Of a stretch of DNA of 64,000 nucleotides, positions 45,540 through 58,504 are shown in pieces. This stretch comes from Rhynchopus sp. YZ270_cl-10. Its lineage: Eukaryota. The stretch spans positions 1,178,001 through 1,242,000 of the forward strand of contig OZ037847.1 in the NCBI GenBank assembly GCA_964035575.1. Reading direction: 5' to 3'. The notes under the pieces were generated by a model. The model saw nothing but the letters and a program-made list of their open reading frames with translations, did no database searches and was not told the origin of the DNA. The stretch's first letter is position 1. Each line of letters opens with the position of its first letter. The position numbers and the translations under genes were made by a program.

Positions 45540-47516
45540 ATGGCAACAGAAGAAAATCGTGATTCTGATTCAGGAGAGGTTGACCCTGAGGAAGAAGAAC
45601 GGGAAGAGGATGAGGAGGGTGAATTTGCAACCCCCTTGGAGGCGCAGGCTACTGCAGAAGAGGCGGACGAGGCAAATGAAGAAGAGGAAGATGAAGACGA
45701 AGACGAGAACACCGCCGGGGTGAATGAAGGCGACAATGACGACAACGTTCGCTCCCACAGCACGCATCTTGACGAGGTGACACACGAAAACGAAGAGGAA
45801 GAAGAAGAAGAAGAGTTTCGCATCAAAGACTCTGCCTCTGAGGACGGAGCTGCACCACAAACGGCAGGCGACGCAGCCGGAGACGATGAAGACGACATAC
45901 CCACAACCCCCAACGACGTTGAGATTACAAAACGTTCAAAAGAGGACACCATTACCCCAAAGCCTGCCTGTATCCTTGCCTCCCCTCGACGCGTGTTAAT
46001 GGCAGGGTCTGAAGAGGCCTCTGCACGCCCTGCTTCCTCGCATTCTTCAGAAGCAGATGCCCACGCTGATACCGCCCATTCATTATCATTTGACATTCCG
46101 GTTTCAACCCCGCCCTTAGTAAAGGTACCGCAAATTAATTTTGAGCATACCCCTGCAGAAGAGGGGATGAAAAGCCCAAAGCGGATGTTGTTGCCGGAGA
46201 TACTTCCAGTTGTACCGGCGTTTGAGAAAATGGATTTGATTGGAGAGTTGACAGAGGAAAGAGAAAGCCTTTTGGGAAGAATTGCAGAATTAGAGGCAAA
46301 AGAGGCGCAACCGTCATCAATGGTGAATGCGTCTTTAGAGGAGAAATTGCAGGCGAGTTTGGAGCCGGAGACGACTACGTCGGAGGTGGATATTAGCAGA
46401 TTGTTGGACCTGCAGTCTTTTCAGGATATTTTACAGAATGTTATGTTGGTTGCATCAGGCGGCGATGCAGGATATTTTGAGATAATTGATGGAATGAGCA
46501 CAGAGGATGGTACCGCAACGTTGGGGAGGGTTTCTCGTCAATTATTGAGTCTTGCGTCTTCAAACTTTCGAACACACCAACGCCTTGCAGAGGAATACCG
46601 TACTGCACAGGATCGCTTCGAACAGCGTCTTCAACGTGCAGTAAACGATGCTTTTGCAACACCACGTTCACCGCGTCATGATGACTCTATGACAAATGGC
46701 GATATGACACCACGTATCGATTTGCTCTCCTCTCGTGACCTCTCTGCTCCTGCATCTTATGCGAGAAGTATTTGTAGAACACCACGGCAATACATCGAAT
46801 ATGCTCTTACTCCACGCAATGAGCCTACCCCTTCTGCGGATACACCATGCGATCAATTGGCTATGGACACCCCTCGAGTTCTCCCTTCAGAAGAGGAGTA
46901 CGAACCCATGATGCATCTCGCCAGAGTAAACAACCTCTACAGCCGACTTCTCACAAGAGAGCTTCAGGAGCATATTTTGACAAAGAATTCGCTTGCGAGA
47001 GTGAAGGAGGAGAATACAGTGTTGGTCTCGCAACTTCAAGAGCGTGAGACAGAGTTGTTAGAGAAGGAGACCACATTATCGCATATAAGAGAAGAGCTCG
47101 GGGAGGCAGGAAATTGTATTGCAGATTTGCGGTTAGAGGTGGAGAGTGTTGACAAAGGGGGGATGGTGGTGGTGCAGAAGGAGTTGAGGGGGGTGAAGGA
47201 AGCGCTTTTAGCTCAGCAGAGGCAGGCGGCGGATCGTGAGGCTTCTCTGATCAGTGAAATTGACAAAATGCAGGCAGATCTGCTTCAAGGATTGGAGCGT
47301 CTGCTTTCGATAGAGGAAGGTGTCTCGACAACCCCTACCCTCAGCCCCGCCCTCCCCCCCGCAAAGCCCCGCTCCATCTGGATCTCCTCCACCGCCACCC
47401 CCTCCCCACCAAAGAAGGTCGGTATCCTCGCCACAGAGCTCCGATCTCTCTGCTCCGCAATCCGCAGACGCAGCTCTTCTGTCGAGCATGCGGCTTCCCT
47501 CATCCCGGAACAGTAG
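45540..47516 (+). CDS. Hypothetical protein: acidic disordered N-terminus and coiled coils
   Basis: 658-aa open frame, E/D-rich start, heptad-rich segments, repeated TPR/SPR tripeptides. Confidence 0.8.
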   Translation: MATEENRDSDSGEVDPEEEEREEDEEGEFATPLEAQATAEEADEANEEEEDEDEDENTAGVNEGDNDDNVRSHSTHLDEVTHENEEEEEEEEFRIKDSASEDGAAPQTAGDAAGDDEDDIPTTPNDVEITKRSKEDTITPKPACILASPRRVLMAGSEEASARPASSHSSEADAHADTAHSLSFDIPVSTPPLVKVPQINFEHTPAEEGMKSPKRMLLPEILPVVPAFEKMDLIGELTEERESLLGRIAELEAKEAQPSSMVNASLEEKLQASLEPETTTSEVDISRLLDLQSFQDILQNVMLVASGGDAGYFEIIDGMSTEDGTATLGRVSRQLLSLASSNFRTHQRLAEEYRTAQDRFEQRLQRAVNDAFATPRSPRHDDSMTNGDMTPRIDLLSSRDLSAPASYARSICRTPRQYIEYALTPRNEPTPSADTPCDQLAMDTPRVLPSEEEYEPMMHLARVNNLYSRLLTRELQEHILTKNSLARVKEENTVLVSQLQERETELLEKETTLSHIREELGEAGNCIADLRLEVESVDKGGMVVVQKELRGVKEALLAQQRQAADREASLISEIDKMQADLLQGLERLLSIEEGVSTTPTLSPALPPAKPRSIWISSTATPSPPKKVGILATELRSLCSAIRRRSSSVEHAASLIPEQ

Positions 47517-48012
47517 AGATTATTGAGCTTTTTTTTGTCGTAAAAAGGAAAAATTGGTAAATGTTTTAAGGTGGGTTTGGGAGGGAGGGATGGGATGGGA
47601 TGGGATGGGATGGGTGTTTTTGTATAGGATTTTTTTCTCCCCCCAATGCGTCCGGTGTACGGTGAGGCGTTTGAACTTTAACGAAACGACATGAAATGAA
47701 AAAAAGGGTGCCCTTGAGTACAGATCCTGCACTAGCAGGTGATTGTCGACACAATAAAAAAAGGGGGTAAGTATCTCTTCAAGTCTTCCGAGGTTTATCC
47801 GTATTCTCCATTTTATTTTTTATCTGGGATGGTAATGTGGGTCAGTCAGAGGCGTTTCGTCGGAGGTGTTGTTGGTCCCTCATTGGTTTGATTGGTGCAG
47901 AGAGGCTTGGTGTCCCCCCAATGGTTGTCCAGTGTTATCCCAAACTTTTCCTAAAAACACCACAGAAAACACAAAACACACAAAAGGGTTTGGGTAGGGG
48001 AAATATCTGAGA

Positions 48013-49951
48013 ATGGCGGACTTCAATTTCGTATGTAACCTAACCTCAACCTATCACCCCTTTTGTACGTTTTTTTTTTGGCCTTAAAGAGGTCTCCTCT
48101 TCACTGCCAGGTAGTCAGTGGGAGCGTATTGCAGTAATAAAAATATCACCACAGAATATTTATTACACACTTTACGCACAAACAAATAGGATGGAGCTCC
48201 CCCGTCCCGCACTTGTATTATGAGGGAATACAGCCACCCCGATACCTCAACCTATATCCCCTTCGTTTCTCTTCTCTTTCTGGCCGGATTAGTGACTCAG
48301 GGATGCTCCGTATAGGCTCTCCCCTATACTGCAAAACGGGTGACCCCAACCTATGTCACGCAGACTTTTGTTTGGTTGATTACGATGACTAAAGATGAGT
48401 CATAAAATTTTTCATAGGCATTTGTTCATACCTTCAAAATAAACTTCTTTTTCTCAGGCATTCAGCGCGACCCCGAAGGAAACAACGGAGGAAAGCAACA
48501 TTGCAGCCAACCCTTTTGGCAAGCCAAGCAACCCTTTTGCTGCTCCTGCCACGCAGGGTGCAGGGTTCACTAACCCCTTTGGAAGCCCCGCTGCGACATC
48601 AAGCACAACCACACCGTTCGTTAACCCATTCGCCACACCAACACCCTCCACCACCTCCACCACCACACCTACCAACCCATTCGCCGCCCCAAACCCTTTT
48701 GCCAAACCCTCTCCTGCGGGCACCTCTACCACTGGTGCAACCCCTGAGGCAGGTCGTGGGCGTGGGGCACCGAAGTCTGCAAGCGTTCCGACCCCTACCC
48801 CACCTGCTGCAGGGCGTGGTCGGGGTGACACCGTACCCGCTGCTGTGGCTGCCGCAGCAATCCCGATGCCAAGCCTGGAGCCTGTGGAGGATGAGGTTGC
48901 CACCGTCGCTACCCCTACGCCCGCACCCACACCCACCCCTACTCCTGCCCCTACCCCTACCCCTGCCACGACATCTGCCCCCGAGGCCCGCGCTTCCTGC
49001 GCATCGCAAAACGAAATGTGGGTCTGCCCACAATGCCACTCCCTCCAAAGCACCAGCGTAGCACGGTGTGGTACCTGCCATACTCCGCAAGAAAAGGCGC
49101 AGGGGGGTTTGAAATCATTGGATGATGCGTATGAAGGGCTACCCACCGAGCTTGCAGACAGAGAAACCCGCCAACGCGGGAAGGGCGCCATGGCAGGAGG
49201 GAAGGGCGCCGCCCCTGCCCCTTCAGGCGGTGCGACCATCTCCGCGCCTCCTGCTGGTGTGTCGGTGGCTGGTCCATCCTCTTCGGGTCCACCCCAAGCT
49301 GCGCGTGGGCGTGGTGCGCCTCCAGGGAAAGGCGCAAAGGGCGCAACCTCTGCAAAGCAAACCGGAACGAAAGGGAGTTATTCGCATATGGAGTACGTCG
49401 CACCAGGGGTAGAGCCGTCTACGCTGGACCCAGAGAAGGAGTTGAAGGTTGCGCAGGTCCGCATGAAGGAGCAGAAGCTGAAGGAAATGAAGGAGCTTCT
49501 CGCAAAGAAGGAGAAGTCCGAAAAGCTCACCGCGAAGCTTGCTGCGGCGGACCCAAAAGAGCTTCGTGTCGACCACGAAAACGACCAGCTTGCCTACAAA
49601 CACGACGAATTTGTTAAATTCTACACCGGCACCGCAGGGGTAGAAAAATGGTTCAAATGCCCCACAGTAGGCGAATGGGCGACCTGGGGAGAGGAACGGC
49701 CAAAGAACGTAACAGAAGACCAATGGATAGACCTTGCCTTGGTGAAAGCAAAAAGCCTTGTCGAGAAGTTTGAGACAATGAAGGAAGAGCGTGAAAAGGA
49801 GAGGCGAATTGAGCTGCAGAGTGACTCTCTAGTGCAGGAGGAGATTGCGAAAGCCAAGGAGGAGGCAAAGCGGGAGGCTGAGGCGGAGAAGGCCAACCTT
49901 CTTGCGGAGTTGGCCCGATTGCGTGCGGCGACTGCGGGGACATCTACGTAA
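48013..49951 (+). CDS. NPF-repeat protein with RanBP2-type zinc finger and coiled coil; exons 48013-48030, 48458-49951
   Basis: Exon MADFNF, then a GTATGT...TCTCAG intron. Exon 2 is in frame with ORF 48845-49951 and contains six NPF motifs. Zinc finger WVCPQC-x10-CGTC. Confidence 0.82.
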
Positions 49952-50822
49952 GGCTTTCTTAGACACGAAGGATTTTTTTAAACCCTTTGGGGGACATTTT
50001 TTGAGCAGAAAGCCTTTTGGGTGTCGAAAAACTTGATAATTCAAAAAAAGGGCAAAATAATAAAGTGGAACACCTCCTATAGGTGTCTTCACAGAGTCAA
50101 GTTTTCAACAAAAAAAAATAGGTAACAGCGGGTTTAGCGGTAGAGAGGTTATAATCAAACCAACTTTTTTCTTCCCAGACAGTTTTATCTGAAAACTCGC
50201 GAAAAAAAAAAAAAAGAAGCAAAATCTGAGGGTAATGGGGGGGTGTTTTTTTTTTGAGGAAATTTTTAAATTTTGCTGTAGGGTGTGTGTGTACTTCCAC
50301 GCAGTAGCCGTATTCCCCTTTCTAGAGCATCAGCTTGTTTTTTTTTGGGGGGACCTTTCTATAAAGATGTATCTCTACATGAATGCACTGTGCTGTTCAT
50401 TTCTTGTAGTATTTTTTAGAGGCGTTTTGCAAAATTCAATTTTCAATAAAAAGAAGTGAACCCTTTCCCCCCTCAAGCAATATATTTTTTCACTTCGTCG
50501 TTTTCACCTCTATGGTGGCCTGAAGCTGCAACACGACAGTGTGAGGGTTCAATTGAAGGGATAATTGAAGAGATTTGCAGTCATCGCTGTCCGAGGACGG
50601 ACAGGGACAGAGGCCCACTTCGTCTAAATGCGAGTGTCTTTTCTCCTTGAGTCGCTATGAATCTTCCATTTTATATCAATGTGACTTAGCACGAAAGGCA
50701 TTCATTTAGTTTTTCTTTTATTTTAGCCTAAACCGAAAGCTTCATATCCACCCCATTATTTTACCAGGGAAAAAAAGAAAACTGGGTTCAAGGGAGCCTT
50801 TCTCCCCCCTCCCCCTCTACAC

Positions 50823-51524
50823 ATGAGATTCATTCTCGCCTTTCTGCTTCTGCACTGTGCAGGATGCGATGCGCGTACATTTAAATGGACTGGCCTGAAG
50901 AGCACTCTCTGGGACGACAACGGGAACTGGTATACCGAAGGCGCACCGGGGATTCCTGGAGCAGGTGACGACGTTGTGATTGACACCCCCGCTGCTGCAG
51001 CTGTTGTGGTGGTTACGTCGAATTTAACTATTGCATCACTGACAATGGGGGCAGACACGACTGGCAGTGCGCTTCTTCAGTTGCAAGCAGAAGTTAATAT
51101 TACTGGAGTTGCGATTGTTCAGCCTTATGGGAAGGTGCAGCTTGAAAGCCAGGGTGCGAGGTTGGTGTGTGGTAACATGGATGTTGCAGGGGCCTTTCAT
51201 TTCACTGCAGGCACCCTTTCTGTGTCATCCATGTTGGTAACTGGATCCGCCAGCTTTCTTGCAGAAGGGGTGATGAACGTTCTAGACTCGCACATCCAGC
51301 TTGCAACCCGCTTCCCCATAGCCGCGTCTGGTACCCTCTCTATGCAAGGAAACTCTACAATCTTTTCAGAAGCGCCCTTTAAAACTGCAGGCACCCTCCT
51401 CATCCAAGGCGAAACCAATACAATCTCCGCAAAAATAACGGCCGGTGAAGACGAAGGATTTTCCTGGGAATATCCTGAGCAGAAAAGAACTGATAGTTTC
51501 GAGTATTACTCCTCCTCGCTTTGA
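50823..51524 (+). CDS. Secreted beta-rich protein
   Basis: Signal peptide MRFILAFLLLHCAGCDA, then WTG...W...GNW...PGAGDDVVI and beta-solenoid-like G/T/V/I-rich sequence. Confidence 0.72.
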   Translation: MRFILAFLLLHCAGCDARTFKWTGLKSTLWDDNGNWYTEGAPGIPGAGDDVVIDTPAAAAVVVVTSNLTIASLTMGADTTGSALLQLQAEVNITGVAIVQPYGKVQLESQGARLVCGNMDVAGAFHFTAGTLSVSSMLVTGSASFLAEGVMNVLDSHIQLATRFPIAASGTLSMQGNSTIFSEAPFKTAGTLLIQGETNTISAKITAGEDEGFSWEYPEQKRTDSFEYYSSSL

Positions 51525-51886
51525 AGGGGGTTTTTCGACAAATTTTTTTTTGTCAACAATTAAAAACTGTTTCGGACAAATACTGAGGCCAAGAAAGGCG
51601 GAGTGTAGACACAATTAGTTAGACGGAAGTATAGTCGTGGATTGAGAGGAATCGGCGGAGTGCGCTCATATAATTTTATTGTGTAAAATAAAGCGCGCTT
51701 TCAAAAAAAAATACGCACACCCCTCACTTACGACGCAAAAAAAACGTTTACAAAAAAAAATCTTCTTTTTTAGTTCTTTTTGCTTCTACACAACAAACGC
51801 ATCAACAACAACAGGGAAAGCACCTTCCTTTTTTTGGTGTTTTTGAAGGGGGGGGAGGTGTACCTCTCCCCCTTTTCTTTTTCAAG

Positions 51887-54800
51887 ATGTCTACTCAGTA
51901 TAAAAATGCGTTTGCAAAGGGTGTGAGTGCGCTTGTTGAGTCTGCGAAGGATGGGAATGAGGGTGTGCGGGAGCAGATTATCACGTCGTTGGTGATGTTG
52001 AGTCAGAAAGACTTTGGGACGGTGCTGGATACGTTGTGCAAATTTATGAAGGAGCACCCGGGACGGTCAACGCCGACGAACCAACGGATTTCTTTGTTGA
52101 TTGCGATTAAGAAGGTCGTGAGCAAGCATGACAACGAGGTGTCTGACGAGCTCATGAAGAGCCTTGTCGAGGCATGCCACGTTGACATGATCCACGGTGT
52201 CGATGTCACCAATGCCTGGCAGCTTCAGGCCTGCGACACTGTCTCCGAAATGATGGCCGTCTCCCCAGCCGTCTGCATCCCTTTCGTTGCAGGGCACATC
52301 CCCGGCACCTCCCTCCCAAACTACTTCGTTATGTCCGCCCTCTCGAAGTCTGCCCTGCACGCACCACACCGCTTCCTCCCATACCTCAAAGATGTCATGG
52401 CGAAGATGCTCCCCATCCTTGGTATGGCCAAGCAAGAGAACGCTCGCTACATCATGGCAGAAACGCTTGCGTCCATGGGAGAAGTCATCCTCACAGTCTT
52501 CAACGCAAAGGCAAACCTGACCAACACCGATGAAGACGACCTGCTGGATGGGCGCAAGACCGTAGGGATGGAGACACCCCGCTCGGCGCCGTCGAAGAAG
52601 TTCACCCTCGACGAATTCAACGAGACGATGAACACCGCGCTGTCGATCTTAGTGAACGACTGGTCGTCGTCAAAGGAGCTGAAGGTGCGCACAACAGTCT
52701 TCGCTGCGATTGGACGTCTTGCAGGTGTCATCAGCAAGGAGCGTCTCGAAGAGAAGCTGATCCCTGTGTGCAAGATTCTGCCTGCCGCTGTGAAGAAGGA
52801 GAAGGTGAAGGACTCGCTGCTGCCGCTGAAGGGGATGACCGCGTTCATCAAGGCGTGCATGGAGAAGATGCCGGCACTGCTTCTGCCGCAGCTTGAGAAT
52901 GTGTGGCAGTCAGTGTTTACCCAGATCATTGCGTACACAGCACTGCCGCCACAGGAGCAGACCGACCTGATCAAGATCTACCAGGAGGCGATGCGCTGCG
53001 TCGAGGCGATGTGCATTGGCTGCACACAGACCGTTCTTAACTTTGTTCAGAACGTTTTGGATGTGAAGTTCGGCTCGAAGGACCCCATCACTAGATGCGC
53101 TGCGCTGGGAGTGATCCGCCACTTGATCCTGACACCGCACTGCGAATCGCTTCTTGCACCTCTCAAGAACAACGTTGTCGCTGTTGTGAAGACCTGCGTG
53201 GAGGACACTGACTACAGGATGAAGAAGGTCATTGTGCGCACCATCGAGACCATGGGCGGATGCACGAGGAACAACTACCTTGCCTGCGAGGGCGCAGACG
53301 AGCTTCTCCTCTACGTCGTGCTGTGCTCCTCCATCTCCCCCGACGTCTGCCGCGACTGGGTTCTCAAGAACAAAAAGCTTGCCGAGTCCGGCTCCTACCC
53401 TACGCCCATGGAGCTTAAGGAGGTCTCCACCAACGTTCTCGAACTCTTCCACTCCGAGTACACCCACCTCGACACCGTGCAGTGGCCATACCTCCTTGAG
53501 ATCCTTGGCATGACGTACAAGAAGCAGCAGATCTTCTACGCATTCCCGCTTGTCTGCAAGGCGATCATCTCCATTTCGCAGCGTCTCGGGAACACACACG
53601 AGTTTTACTTTGACTTTGATAGCAATGTGAACGTGCCGAAGCCGGAGGCTCTGATTCCTTTGTTCTGTGTGATGATGAGCCAGCCTGTCTATGCGGGCGT
53701 GGAGGAGACGGAGATGATCATCAGGAGCATGGAGTGCATCTGCCCGCTTCTTGACGAGCCCATGAAGAAGGGGCACACTGGTGAGACCCCTGTGGGCTCG
53801 CTGTGGCTTGCGCTCCTCCCCGAGATGCGCGACTACCTTAAGTCCGAGGAGTTCAAGCAGGACGACTACGAAGAGGCCTGCCAGAACCTCATCAAGAAGA
53901 CGTGCCAAGCAAAGAAGGAGGAGGCCTGGGTGCAGTCCCTTGCCCAGCAGCTCGGCGACCAGCTCCCTATGTACGCCCCCGCCGAAGTCCCCGGGGAGTT
54001 CCTCAGCGAACGCCAAGACTACAAGCGCGTGGCTCTCAGCATGTACGGTATCATTCTCAGCAAGGCTGCCCTCAAAACCTTTGTAGGTGACTCACTCAAG
54101 CTCCTTGCCGACGTGACCGACCACACCAACGAAGTGCAGAGGCAAGGTATCGCCAGAGGGTTCGGATCGGCATCGTCTGCGCACTGCGATCTTGTGTTGG
54201 AGAAGATTAACAGAATGGCGAAGAAGGCGCAAGGTGGTGGTGGGTTCTTTGGAAAGAAGGCGCCCACCGATGGCGAAAAGGACTACGGTGAACTGTCGCG
54301 TGCGTCGTGTTTGCTTGCCTTTGGGCAGATCTCGAAGAAGGCGAACCACTCTCTGTTTACATCGCGTCTTGAGACGCACGTTATTCCCACTATGCTTGAG
54401 ATTCTGCAGACGCCTGCGGGGAAGAACCCTGTGAACAGGATTGCGGCGTTGGCTGGGTTTGCTATGATCAGTGCGTCGCTGCGTAAGAACAATACTGCGT
54501 ACTCCTTTGCCTCGAAGCAGCCGGTTATCATGCAGATCGTGTCCCTCATGAACGTCGACCCTAACCAGTACGGCGCCACCAACGATGTGCTCAACTGCAA
54601 CCTCCTCTACCATGGGCTCACAGCGCTGGTCCCTGTCCTGTACCTGAACCCGCCGCTGGAGAAGGAGACCTTTGATCTGATTGCCTGCTGCATTGCGGCA
54701 GGGCTCTGCAAGGAGTGGAAGTCGTCCGACGAGAAGGAGCTGAAGAAGGGGGAGATGCCGTCGCAGTTCCCGCTGATCTCCGAGAAGGAGGTGCAGAAGC

Positions 54801-57723
54801 AGGTGGGGCTGCTGTGCAACGCGGTGCTCGAGAACTCGGGGGATGTGGTGAAGTCGTTTGTGTCGCAGGGCAAGATGCTCTCCGAGTACATGCATGACCC
54901 CATCGCCATCCGCCGTGAGCGTGCAACCAAGGTGTACGTCGTGCTCCTGAAGCACTTCGGCAAGACCTGCGACGCAAAAGGCATCACCATCCCGCTCTGC
55001 AAGGTCACCCCCGCCTCACCCGAAGCAAAGTCGCCCGACACACCGCACACACCATTCTACCTCAACATCGCACCGCTCGACCCCAAGGCAAAGCTGCCCG
55101 AGAAGAGCACCGAGGTTCACCGTGCCCTCGCCGCCACCTTCACTGCCGCCTACGCCGTGCAGAAGAAGGAGAAGAAGAAGGAGATCGAGATCGTCAAGCC
55201 CGAGGAGGCGCCTGTGGACCTCTCCCTCGGTGTGGTCATCGCACGCCTGCTGCCACGTCTCTGCGACGTCTCTCCGAAGACGAAGACAGACGCGCTTGAT
55301 GGTGTTGCCTTCTGTGTGAAGCTGAGTCTGCTTGTGGCGGACCAGCACGGCCAGCCCAGCGGTGTCGGCCTGGACCAGTACGAGCGTGCGTTGGAGATGA
55401 TCAAGGAGGTGTCGAAGAAGGGCCTCGAGTTCAAGGACGAGGCAATGGTGTACGCCGCTATGAAGGAGGTCACCGCAGCGCTCTGCCTGGTCATGCGCAA
55501 CACCAAGGAGCTGCCGAACTTGCTTGAGAACCTTCTCCTCTTCGGGCTGCTCGACCCTGTCGACGACTCTGCGGTGGGTGTGTGCTGCATCCTGTCGGGC
55601 TTCCTCAAGTCGCTCTCGGGTGTGGCAGACAACCTGAACGATGCAGATATCAAGCTGATCCTGAAGCGCACCATCCAGGTCCTCAGCATGCTGAACCGCA
55701 TCCCCGAGGACGGCCGTGCCGACACCAAGCGTGGCACCCTCCTCGCCATCAAGGCCATGGCAAAGAACCGCCCTGCCCTCATCTTCAACGAGCTCAACAC
55801 TCACACCGTCCCCCACAACGAGGTGCTTGTCACTGTCATCCAGACGATTGCAAACGACACCGGGCTTGCGAAGCTCATCCTGAACCACTCGCTTGACGTG
55901 ATGCTCAACTCGCAGCTGTACAACGAGAGCTACGCCTCGGGTTGTGTGGCCAAGGGAGACAAGCTGTCCCTCACACCCGCCATCCTCGCGTCGTGTGTGA
56001 CCGTGGGGGAGGTGTGCCAGACCGAGAAGGGTGCTGCCGTCGCAGGGTCGTCTGCCTTCAAGGCTCCGCTCCTCTGCTCGCTCTTCCTCGAGCTTGCCGC
56101 AGCACACGAGGCGCCCTTCCACCCGAAGGACACTGACAAGAAGAAGAAGAGCACCGAGCCTGGCCACATCCCCCCTGCACAGCTCATCACCACCGCACTC
56201 ACGGAGTACGTACGCGTCGTCTTCCCCGGCGCCTTCTCTCGCTTTGATGACGATGTGTGGCCACTATTCACGATGGACTTCAGCTACCCCGACGCCGTGG
56301 CGAACCTGCTGCTTGTGATCGTGCACGACGCGCATGAGGACGGCAACAAGGATCTCGCCTCGCAGAAGAGGCGCATCAAGCTGAAGAACATTGAGGAGGG
56401 CAAGGAGAAGCTGGTGCTCCCCCCTACTACGTCGTGCACCCTTGTCAGCGACGTCTTCGCGTTCATCAACGAATACGTGAGCAAGACATACGACTCGCAG
56501 CGGCGCTGTGCCCTTGTGATGATGTGCCACCTGCTGTACCACTGCCTTGAGGACTCGAAGCTCTTCCAGGGCATCATCAACAACCTGCTGTCGCGTTCGG
56601 GGCAGGACGAGCAGTACATTATCAAGCTGCAGGCGACGAAGGGCTTCAAGCACCTCCCTGTGCATGAGTACGAGAACATCAGGCTCTACGTCGCGCCTGT
56701 CATCTCTTCTTTGGTAGGATGCTGTGGCGACCCGTCACCGGAGGTCATCCTCTCGGCCATGCGCACGCTCGAGGGCCTCATCCACAGGATGAACTGCAAG
56801 AGCGAGATCTCCGCAGTGACCGTGAACATCTGCCTGAAGACCAAGGCCGCCATCGACTCGACGGACCCTCTCATCCGCGCAGCCTCCGCCTCTCTCTTCA
56901 GGATCCTCTGCGACCTTACCGTCGACGGCGGAATCGACTCCAGCACAATGGAGCCCAACATCTACACACACCTCCCCTCGGTGTTGACCCACATGAACGA
57001 CGGCGAGCCCGCTGTGGCAAAGTCCTGCAAGGGCACCATGCACGCCATGGTGAAGTACTTCCAGATGCTCCCCCCTTCCAAGAAGGCATCCGACCAGCTG
57101 AAAAAGCTCTTCGCGCAGGAGCATATGCAGATGGACTTCGACGTAAACTTCGACGACTTTGCGCACGACTTCTCGAAGATCTTCATGAAGCACTTTGCGG
57201 CAAAGAGCAACGACCTGCTTGTGGCGTTGGTGGCGTACTTCCAAAGCCACTTCAACGAGGTGCGTAAGGCAAGCGCTATTTTCAGTGGTTTCCTGTTGAA
57301 ATACCTTTCCGACATCGACCAGGTATGCCTTTTTTTTTACAACACCATACACCACTCAATTCAAACACAGGCACGTTCGAGCTTGGAGTCTGCGACTGCG
57401 GGTCTTATTGTGTTGGTGAAGAAGGACGCTGCTCCGGACGTTCGATTGAAGGTATGGATATTCTGTTCGGCCGTTAAATTTTTCATATTTTTTTCACGGC
57501 CATGACCTCATCAAGAAAAGGAAAAAGGGATGATCTGCATCTATACCTTTGAAATTCATTAGCCTTCGGGCGACTTTGTGTACAGAACCCGTCCTCGGCC
57601 AGGTGATGGTCGAAACTACAAAAATTTCCCGTCATGATGACGGTTCTACTTATATGCCTTCAAAACACTCCCTTTTTTTCTCAGGCAACGAAAGCAATTG
57701 GACATCTGGGAGATATGGCGTGA
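51887..57723 (+). CDS. MROH1: Maestro HEAT-like repeat protein (MROH1 family); exons 51887-57322, 57371-57451, 57685-57723
   Basis: ~1850-aa all-helical HEAT protein. Segments ALVESAKDGNEGVREQIITSL, LPNYFVMSAL and WPYLLE resemble MROH1 as recalled. Two 3' GT-AG introns. Confidence 0.78.
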
Positions 57724-57986
57724 TATTCTTTGTTGTTTCTTTGTTAGATGCATGCAGGAGAACAACAGCTCTGTCTCTACTTTCACTTCCTCCCCCTCTC
57801 CCCCTTCGTTCCTTCTTTCTTGATGTGCCTGTTTCCCTTTTGATCGTACCATATTCTAGACGGTTGTCCAACCAGAAGATATTTGGGTTATTGTGTCCTT
57901 CCACGTACTGTACCGACATCGTGTATTGTCATTTTCAAAAGCAATGTGTTTCCGACCATAAAACGAATTTTTAAAAAGGGTGGGAG

Positions 57987-58080
57987 CAGTCTGCAGACTA
58001 AGGATTGGGGGGTCTGGTAATTAATTAAATGACTAGTCTGCACGGGGTTTCGTGAAAACAATATCTTAGTCTGCAGCCTG
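57987..58080. mobile_element. 94-bp MITE with probable 6-bp TSD
   Basis: TIR CAG(T/G)CTGCAGACTAAG; flanks TGGGAG and TGGGGG. Confidence 0.65.
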
Positions 58081-58504
58081 TGGGGGCAAAAAGTTCCACC
58101 TTATCAAATATTCTGACCGTGTGTCCTTACAAAAAAAAAGTGTGCTAATATGTTCAAAACAGGAAAAAGGGTATATTCTGGGTTCTCTTTTACCGTGTAT
58201 GTGGTGTGTGGGTGTAAGGCATGTTTATTGTCCTTTACGTGAAGTGCAGTACAGGGTGGTGTTTCACGCTGTTGCAGCCTTTTCTATTGTGTTCAATAGA
58301 GAAAAAAAGTGAAAAAAATATTTGTAAGTATCCGCAACCCCTTTGGTGTCATTTTTGATGACATAACCTACCTCATTGGGTGGGGGTAATTGTCCAGAAA
58401 GGTGGTTAACTTCAAATACAAAACAAAACAAAAAAGCAACTGGAAAACTATCCAGGTCATATTGCGGGTTCTTTCAACGCCTTTTTTTTTAAATTCCTTT
58501 TTTT

